Below the pieces are notes generated by a model. That model had not been told where the DNA came from. It was given only the letters and a program-made list of their open reading frames with translations, and did no database searches. Shown one piece after another: positions 1 through 4,501 of a stretch of 4,501 nucleotides of DNA. The stretch comes from a virus (Duplodnaviria > Heunggongvirae > Uroviricota > Caudoviricetes). A program made the position numbers and the translations under genes. Where the stretch lies: IMG/VR virus record IMGVR_UViG_2706794676_000009, one strand, 5' to 3'. Numbering within the stretch: position 1 is the stretch's first letter; each line of letters opens with the position of its first letter.

Positions 1-50
1 GGGAATATCTCCCCGGCAGCCTTCAGGGAAAAATATCATCAGATGGCTGC

Positions 51-404
51 TTAAAAAAAGAACAAATGGTAGTGTCCGCTATTGCCAGTACACCTCAATT
101 GCTCTGCGGCTTCGCTCAGAGCTGGCGTATGTTCCCGGCCTACTGATTCACACAGGTAATCAACGAAACCGGACACCAGTTTTCGTTCGCGAGGCGTGAT
201 CGCCCCACCGACCGGAGTCCAGTAATCGAAACCCAGTTGCAGGAGTTTGAAAAAACGCTTGTGGAATGCGTAGTTACACACACGCTTAAAGTCTGCGTGT
301 ATCCACTCACCTATTTTGATTTGATGCAGAAAATCGCAACTCTCCGGCGTCGCCGGGAGAAGTAATCCGGAAGAGGTTTGTTTGACCAGTTGTATATGTG
401 CCAT
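51..404 (-). CDS. small phage-type protein of unknown function (117 aa)
   Basis: Minus-strand ORF 51..446 from the track. The 446 end is only a TTG, whereas the internal ATG at 402-404 has GGAGAAAG about 7 nt upstream, so I place the start at 404. Stop TAA at 51-53. Translation MAHIQLVKQ...FHKRFFKLLQLGFDYWTPVGG... resembles small conserved nin-region proteins of lambdoid phages, but that family assignment is memory only. Confidence 0.5.
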   Translation of the reverse strand: MAHIQLVKQTSSGLLLPATPESCDFLHQIKIGEWIHADFKRVCNYAFHKRFFKLLQLGFDYWTPVGGAITPRERKLVSGFVDYLCESVGREHTPALSEAAEQLRCTGNSGHYHLFFF

Positions 405-442
405 CGGCTTTCTCCGGTGGCACGGTGTTACACAGCAGGAGT

Positions 443-730
443 TCAATCCTGCTCAAGATTGTAGATGAGTTTATTCTTCAGCAAAAGCAGAAAACCAGCC
501 TTAAAACCAATCTCTTTCAAAACCCGTAATGATGTGACAAATTCGTCCTCACGCAAAATAAAACCGTCCGTCAGAAGTCCATTACAAAAATAAAATAACA
601 CAGCACCGCTCTTCCTTTGTTGAGATTGCAAACATCTAATGCGGCAATGGCTGACAATCGCTCCATTCTCAACGCGCACAGCATAGAGGCCATTTTCACT
701 AAAAATTTCACGCAATTCTTCGATTTTCAT
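443..730 (-). CDS. hypothetical protein (at least 96 aa; N-terminus may extend into the N run)
   Basis: Open frame continuous from the N run down to TGA at 443-445. First visible ATG at 728-730 with GGAAGGA about 8 nt upstream; translation MKIEELREIFSENGLYAVRVENG... The frame is also open upstream of this ATG as far as the masked region, so the true start is undetermined. Confidence 0.45.
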   Translation of the reverse strand: MKIEELREIFSENGLYAVRVENGAIVSHCRIRCLQSQQRKSGAVLFYFCNGLLTDGFILREDEFVTSLRVLKEIGFKAGFLLLLKNKLIYNLEQD

Positions 731-787
731 CTTCAGAATCCTTCCAGATAAATAGCTCTCCCCTGTTCGGGGTCCATCCCTCTTCTC

Positions 788-1037
788 NNNNNNNNNNNNN
801 NNNNNNNNNNNNNNNNNNNNNNNNNNNNNNNNNNNNNNNNNNNNNNNNNNNNNNNNNNNNNNNNNNNNNNNNNNNNNNNNNNNNNNNNNNNNNNNNNNNN
901 NNNNNNNNNNNNNNNNNNNNNNNNNNNNNNNNNNNNNNNNNNNNNNNNNNNNNNNNNNNNNNNNNNNNNNNNNNNNNNNNNNNNNNNNNNNNNNNNNNNN
1001 NNNNNNNNNNNNNNNNNNNNNNNNNNNNNNNNNNNNN
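788..1037. other. unresolved or masked sequence (250 N)
   Basis: Uninterrupted run of n. It covers the 3' end of the hok-like gene and the junction to the next gene. Confidence 0.97.
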
Positions 1038-1141
1038 CGGATTCGTACCTCACAGAGGTCTTTCCTCGTTACCAGTGCCGTCACTATGACGGTTAAACAG
1101 ATGACGATCAGGGCGATTAACATCGCCTTTTGCTGCTTCAT
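1038..1141 (-). CDS. hokD: Hok/Gef-family type I membrane toxin, 5' portion only (3' end lost in N run)
   Basis: ATG at 1139-1141 preceded by AAGGAG 9 nt upstream. The 34 visible residues MKQQKAMLIALIVICLTVIVTALVTRKDLCEVRI, plus an unambiguous Arg from CGN at the gap edge, match my recollection of E. coli HokD (RelF) residue for residue and show the hydrophobic helix followed by the RKDLCE motif typical of Hok proteins. The symbol rests on recalled sequence, not a search. Confidence 0.75.
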
Positions 1142-1214
1142 AGCCTGCTTCTCCTTGCCTTTCGGCATGTAAGAGGCTAACCTACATGTGCAAAGCATGA
1201 AATTGGCCTCAGAT

Positions 1215-1249
1215 TAATGTTAAGCGTCTTGCCGGACGCGTAATGTTAA
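1215..1249. repeat. imperfect palindrome TTAAGCGTC-n6-GACGCGTAA (1220-1243) bracketed by direct repeats TAATGTTAA (1215-1223 and 1241-1249)
   Basis: Read directly from the sequence. Located in the hok 5' leader, about 75-110 nt upstream of the hok ATG. Confidence 0.5.
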
Positions 1250-1262
1250 CTGGGGCTTTTCT

Positions 1263-1299
1263 CTATCTGCCTTTTGGTGTTCATGCCTGAAGCAGATAG
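1263..1299. repeat. inverted repeat CTATCTGC-n21-GCAGATAG
   Basis: Perfect 8-bp arms at 1263-1270 and 1292-1299, read directly from the sequence. Lies between the candidate promoter and the hok ATG. Could be an RNA stem in the leader or a dimeric protein-binding site. Confidence 0.5.
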
Positions 1300-1317
1300 C
1301 CTCAAGCACCCGCAGTC

Positions 1318-1347
1318 ATTCTACTTACCTCGCCAATATGAAATCAA
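1318..1347 (-). promoter_or_regulatory. candidate sigma70 promoter for an independent hok transcript
   Basis: On the minus strand: -35 TTGATT (1342-1347), 18-nt spacer, -10 TAGAAT (1318-1323). It lies just downstream of the QueH-like stop and would give a leader of about 170 nt before the hok ATG. Pattern match only. Confidence 0.3.
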
Positions 1348-1368
1348 TCAGAAAGGTGCCCCATAAAA

Positions 1369-2055
1369 TCACTCCTTCTCTTCTTTACCGTAGTGGAGTT
1401 GACCAATTTTGATAAGAGGGCGTCCCTGAGATTTGCGGTGTAGATTGGTATCGCGCAGAGAATACACACAGCCACAATATTCCTGCTGATAGAATTTTTC
1501 GCGCTTGCTGATTTCAATCATACGGGACGAGCCGCCCTGCTTGCGCCAGTTATAATCCCAGTACACCATGCCCGGATAATGCGCGACGGCTCGCCGCCCA
1601 CAGTCGTTAACCTGCTGCATATTTTTCCAGCGTGAAATGCCCAGTGAACTGCTGATCACACTGAAACCATTTTCAGCGGCGTACAGCGCTGTCCGCTCAA
1701 AACGCATGTCAAAACACATGGTGCAACGGATCCCTCGTTCGGGCTCCCATTCCATTCCTTTGGCTCGTTCAAACCAGTTGTCTGTGTCGTAATCAGCATC
1801 AATAAACGGCACGCCGTGTTGTTCAGCAAAGCGAATATTCTCATCCTTACGAATTAAATACTCTTTCTGAGGATGAATGTTCGGGTTGTAGAAAAAGATG
1901 GTGTAGTCGATTCCCGAGGCCTGAAGCGCCTCCATCACCTCACCGGAACATGGAGCACAGCAAGAGTGCAGTAGTAGTTTGTTTGCCCCGTTTGGGAGCT
2001 CCAATTTGGGCCGTTTGAAATCAGCAACTGTCATAAATATGTTTATTGGGGTCAT
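1369..2055 (-). CDS. DUF208/QueH-like protein (candidate cobalamin-independent epoxyqueuosine reductase)
   Basis: 228-aa ORF, ATG at 2053-2055, stop TGA at 1369-1371. Motifs [11 protein letters not shown] near the N-terminus, [18 protein letters not shown] in the middle and [12 protein letters not shown] near the C-terminus fit what I recall of the QueH family (clustered Cys ligands for an Fe-S centre). No Shine-Dalgarno before either the first ATG or the second at codon 8. Confidence 0.5.
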   Translation of the reverse strand: MTPINIFMTVADFKRPKLELPNGANKLLLHSCCAPCSGEVMEALQASGIDYTIFFYNPNIHPQKEYLIRKDENIRFAEQHGVPFIDADYDTDNWFERAKGMEWEPERGIRCTMCFDMRFERTALYAAENGFSVISSSLGISRWKNMQQVNDCGRRAVAHYPGMVYWDYNWRKQGGSSRMIEISKREKFYQQEYCGCVYSLRDTNLHRKSQGRPLIKIGQLHYGKEEKE

Positions 2056-2202
2056 AAAAATATCAAAGAGTGTAGCATTAGAACGGGGCTATCGGAAACA
2101 GATGTGTGACTGCTCCCCGCCCTTTCGGGTGGTCTCCTGATGATTTGAGGGTGCAGAAATCCCTCCGGTTAAGGATTAAATTTTTAACAGTGCTAAATTT
2201 AA

Positions 2203-2616
2203 TTATTCAGTTCTGGATTTTGTCGCCCTGCGTATCCGCGCTTTCGCGTTACGCTCAATCTGTATCAGCTTTTCTATATTTCTCCGCCTTTCCTGTTCCT
2301 CCTGGCGCAATAGCCTTACATCATCTGCCAGTCTGGTTTCTCTTTTTGCCACAGAGAGCATCCAGTCAAACGGCTCCACAACCGCACCGCAGATTTTACA
2401 GCGGACCTGACGCTCTTTTTCGTCAACCCGTACAGAGGCGTGATGGCAATATGGTCTTTCCGATGGCTCATAAAGAAAATTAACCTGATTACGAGGGTCA
2501 TCCTCTTTTACCGGAAATAAAACGATATTGCTTAACTCATCTTCTGGTTTTATTTCCATGCTCCTCTCCTTTGATGCGAATGCCAGCGGTAATTGAAGCC
2601 TGATAGCTAATTTCAT
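2203..2616 (-). CDS. hypothetical protein with putative zinc-ribbon (CHH...C-x2-C) and charged C-terminal helix
   Basis: ATG at 2614-2616 directly abuts the TGA stop (2617-2619) of the upstream gene, suggesting translational coupling. An alternative start at ATG 2557-2559 has a strong AAGGAG 6 nt upstream and would give 118 aa. Contains YCHHASVRVDEKERQVRCKICG and an Arg/Glu-rich C-terminus (RLLRQEEQERRRNIEKLIQIERNAKARIRR). Stop TAA at 2203-2205. Confidence 0.55.
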   Translation of the reverse strand: MKLAIRLQLPLAFASKERSMEIKPEDELSNIVLFPVKEDDPRNQVNFLYEPSERPYCHHASVRVDEKERQVRCKICGAVVEPFDWMLSVAKRETRLADDVRLLRQEEQERRRNIEKLIQIERNAKARIRRATKSRTE

Positions 2617-3039
2617 TCACAGTATCGCCTCCTGAAAATTACCCTGATAGAAAGCCAGTACACGCTGCATAGCTTCGCTCTTCCGGCACTCGCGACAGAT
2701 TATATTCAGGCGCCTGTCGTAGCGGCGTATTTCTCCGTCAGGTAATGACCAGATAAGGTCCGGATCAACAACAACCGGTTTCCTCACCTTTACTCTCGAG
2801 AGTTTTTTGCGGGCGCTTTGCCAGTCCTTGCGAGCCTGTTCAGACGGGAATAAGCCGTAGCCAGAATTATATACATCACCACTTGCGACCAGTTCTATGC
2901 ATAAGCGACCGACAGACGCACGACTGATACCTGTTTCATCTGACAACTGCCGAATCGTGACCCGACCGTCCTGATGCACGAGTTCCACAATTCGCGTCTT
3001 CAGTTCTTCCCGCTGTTCGGGAGTAAAAGGTTTCGCCAT
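2617..3039 (-). CDS. winged-helix/HTH DNA-binding protein (phage-associated, function unknown)
   Basis: ATG at 3037-3039 with a perfect AGGAGG 4 nt upstream, 14 nt after the DnaC-like stop. 140 aa; the N-terminal segment RVTIRQLSDETGISRASVGRLCIELVASGDV looks like a helix-turn-helix, followed by a basic stretch ARKKLSRVKVRKP. It might correspond to the Rac YdaW/DUF977 type, but that is an unverified guess. Confidence 0.65.
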   Translation of the reverse strand: MAKPFTPEQREELKTRIVELVHQDGRVTIRQLSDETGISRASVGRLCIELVASGDVYNSGYGLFPSEQARKDWQSARKKLSRVKVRKPVVVDPDLIWSLPDGEIRRYDRRLNIICRECRKSEAMQRVLAFYQGNFQEAIL

Positions 3040-3053
3040 AAATCCTCCTGAAA

Positions 3054-3723
3054 CTACTTAACAACCCTCGAATGGCTAACATTCGGACGCCAGCTCTCCC
3101 AGTTAAAATTCACCCAGCGNNNNNNNNNNNNNNNNNNNNNNNNNNNNNNNNNNNNNNNNNNNNNNNNNNNNNNNNNNNNNNNNNNNNNNNNNNNNNNNNN
3201 NNNNNNNNNNNNNNNNNNNNNNNNNNNNNNNNNNNNNNNNNNNNNNNNNNNNNNNNNNNNNNNNNNNNNNNNNNNNNNNNNNNNNNNNNNNNNNNNNNNN
3301 NNNNNNNNNNNNNNNNNNNNNNNNNNNNNNNNNNNNNNNNNNNNNNNNNNNNNNNNNNNNGATAGCTGCCGCTAAGTGATTCTTCCCGGTACCAGGTTTT
3401 CCGCTGAACGCAAAATTTGTACACCCGGTCATCAGTTCATCGGCGATGGATTTCGCCTGGCTTAACGCGTATCGCTGGCCGTCGTTCTGCACCTGGTAAT
3501 TCGCAAACGAGCATTTACGGTGCAACGGCTGGATGCCTGAGCGATTCAGAATTTTTTCCACCCGCAACTGGCGATTCAGGCGGTTGATCTCCTCGCTACG
3601 TTTCTGGCCTTCAGCAAGTTGCCACTCGCGCCACTCCGCTACCGTTCTGAATGGGGCGGTTACATGTGGCGGGGTCAGTCGGCGGATGCGTTCCAGAACG
3701 CCGCCTGTCGCAATATTTTTCAT
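3054..3723 (-). CDS. DnaC-like replicative helicase loader (AAA+ ATPase), interrupted by N run
   Basis: ATG at 3721-3723 with GGGGG 9 nt upstream, 6 nt after the initiator stop. N-terminal 121 aa end in the Walker A motif FSGKPGTGKNHLAAAI and follow E. coli DnaC closely (NRSGIQPLHRKCSFANYQV vs DnaC NRSGIRPLHQNCSFENYRV). After the gap, the frame ending TAG at 3054-3056 encodes WVNFNWESWRPNVSHSRVVK, which matches the DnaC C-terminus (WVIFNWDSYRSRV). The track's stop at 3103 is a frame artefact of the gap. The span is 670 nt, not a multiple of 3, so the gap length is not exact or there is an indel. Confidence 0.8.
3120..3360. other. unresolved or masked sequence (241 N)
   Basis: Uninterrupted run of n inside the DnaC-like gene, immediately after the Walker A motif. 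Confidence 0.97.
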
Positions 3724-4077
3724 GGTCCGTTACCCCCTGAAGCCTGGCGGGATCGCACTGTCCGGCAACGAGACGGTGTTAACCTGTCGGAGCAACGTCT
3801 CAGGCCGAACACCTTTCGGCGCGAACAGGCCCTGGTATTCATTGGCGATGCTGTGTCGAATCACCTGCTCAGGTGTAAAACCCTGCTGACGGAATTTTTC
3901 CAGTTCCCGTATCGCCCCGTTAGCGCCCTGCTCCGTTCGAATCGGTTTTCGCAATGCCTGTCTGAACCGGACCCACTCATGCCAGAGTGTTTCCGGCAAC
4001 CAATCGGGCAGCTCAATAGCCTCCGGCTCGAATTTTTTAGACGCTCGTTTTTGGCGAGGGGGAGATCAGTATTTAGA

Positions 4078-4098
4078 TCTTCCTCTTCCTCTTCCTCT
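4078..4098. repeat. tandem hexanucleotide repeat TCT(TCCTCT)x3
   Basis: Read directly from the plus strand. On the minus strand it encodes the acidic run EEEEED in the initiator linker. Confidence 0.85.
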
Positions 4099-4190
4099 GG
4101 TAACGCTTTTTGATCCGTTTGTGTAACGCTGGCAGCGTTACCTTTTCGTTTCAGTTCGCGTATTTTTGTTACTCGCTCGTTTGTAACCGC
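4099..4190. repeat. iteron-like cluster of GTAAC(G/C)C motifs, including a perfect palindrome GTAACGCT-ggc-AGCGTTAC (4123-4141)
   Basis: Core GTAAC or its complement GTTAC occurs five times in about 90 bp (4100, 4123, 4137, 4168, 4183), three times with flanking CGC. GGTAACGCT at 4099-4107 is repeated inverted at 4134-4142. The cluster sits in the linker-coding part of the initiator gene, as the lambda origin sits inside O. Confidence 0.4.
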
Positions 4191-4501
4191 CCGTTTTTTT
4201 TAGAGCTTTTTCCGTTATGACGTTCAAAGTTAGGTAGAGAAAGCCCTCCGTCATTTTCGACCAGCCATCCAACCTGAATTAACGCATCAGCAAAACCAGA
4301 CATAAAAGTGATGCGATCTATTGCACTTTTTGTAACGCCGCGAGCGTTACAATCTGCATTACCGTCTATCATTTGTTGATCCGCCCATGCCCAGAAGCGA
4401 ATAACCTGAGGTAGCCTGAGTTTAACGGACACTCCTTCCTGAAATAGAATGGCATCAGAAGGAGCTAATAATGAGCAGAAAAACCCAACGTTACTCTAAA
4501 G

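Larger units (their letters stand above)
3730..4432 (-). pseudogene. phage replication initiator (lambda O-like / YdaU-type), reading frame broken twice
   Basis: Three consecutive minus-strand frames together read as one protein of about 240 aa. (1) 4169..4432: GTG start at 4430-4432 with AGGAAGGA adjacent, 87 aa ending ...ERHNGKSSKKNGRLQTSE, stop at 4169-4171. (2) A frame open from 4199 down through 4062 encodes KKRAVTNERVTKIRELKRKGNAASVTQTDQKALPEEEEEDLNTDLP. (3) 3730..4065: PPRQKRASKKFEPEAIELPDWLPETLWHEW... to TAA at 3730-3732; the track's start at 3999 is a TTG. The frame changes coincide with a T8 run (4194-4201) and a G5 run (4058-4062); one extra base in each would fuse all three. The family name is from memory of Rac-type replication proteins. 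Confidence 0.5.

Noticed and set aside
1-50. Inverted repeat GCAGCC-n-GGCTGC downstream of the last gene as a possible terminator
   Set aside because: 6-bp stem with a loop of about 21 nt and no U tract, so it is not a credible intrinsic terminator; transcription probably continues beyond the window.
733-1053. Minus-strand ORF of 106 aa spanning the N run
   Set aside because: It consists almost entirely of X codons from the N run; the flanking residues are in a different frame from hok and the downstream gene.
1142-1198. In-frame N-terminal extension of Hok from the ATG at 1196-1198 (MLCTCRLASYMPKGKEKQA...)
   Set aside because: The ATG at 1139-1141 has the better ribosome-binding site and gives the canonical Hok N-terminus; the upstream ATG is kept only as a possible mok-like leader frame.
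1142-1310. Search for a Sok-like antisense RNA gene on the plus strand opposite the hok leader
   Set aside because: No convincing plus-strand -35/-10 pair with a downstream hairpin plus U-tract terminator; the GCGTC-n6-GACGC hairpin is not followed directly by a T run.
1656-1844. 62-aa minus-strand ORF
   Set aside because: Nested out of frame inside the QueH-like gene, with no independent support.
2052-2078. 8-codon upstream ORF (MLHSLIFL) whose TGA overlaps the QueH-like ATG as ATGA
   Set aside because: It has no ribosome-binding site of its own and is too short to separate from chance; mentioned only as a possible coupling device.
2117-2132. GC-rich hairpin after the zinc-ribbon gene as a transcription terminator
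   Set aside because: On the minus-strand transcript the stem has a C-A mismatch and no following U run.
2106-2483. Plus-strand ORF of 125 aa with a GTG start
   Set aside because: It lies antisense to the zinc-ribbon gene, has no ribosome-binding site, and its Pro/Leu/Ser-rich translation looks like an antisense shadow.
2316-2501. 61-aa minus-strand ORF
   Set aside because: Nested out of frame inside the zinc-ribbon gene, with no independent support.
3072-3424. ORFs of 97 aa (plus) and 104 aa (minus) across the second N run
   Set aside because: Artefacts of translating N; the supported reading is the DnaC-like frame.
3533-4113. Plus-strand ORFs of 118 and 164 aa overlapping the DnaC-like and initiator genes
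   Set aside because: They are antisense to minus-strand genes with clear homology, are low-complexity (Arg/Ser-rich, ending SSSSSSS across the hexamer repeat), and have no start signals.
1-4501. CRISPR arrays, tRNA or rRNA genes, transposase or IS ends
   Set aside because: No regularly spaced direct repeats, no cloverleaf-compatible segments and no terminal inverted repeats flanking a transposase-like ORF were seen.

Overview
All supportable genes in this 4.5 kb window are on the minus strand and form one leftward-reading block that looks like the early-left arm of a lambdoid (Rac/Qin-like) enterobacterial prophage. Reading from 4432 down to 51: a replication initiator whose reading frame is broken twice at homopolymer tracts and which carries an iteron-like repeat cluster; a DnaC-like AAA+ helicase loader (interrupted by 241 N); a tightly coupled pair of small genes (winged-helix protein plus putative zinc-ribbon protein); a 228-aa protein with the cysteine motifs I associate with the DUF208/QueH epoxyqueuosine-reductase family; the 5' part of a Hok-family type I toxin gene (its 3' end lost in 250 N) behind a structured leader; and two small proteins of unknown function. 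No tRNA, rRNA, CRISPR array or transposase was seen. The most unusual content is the QueH-like gene as prophage cargo, the relBE-less hok locus, and the uncharacterised two-gene pair after the helicase loader. Every family assignment is from reading the translations and from memory of motifs; no search was run.
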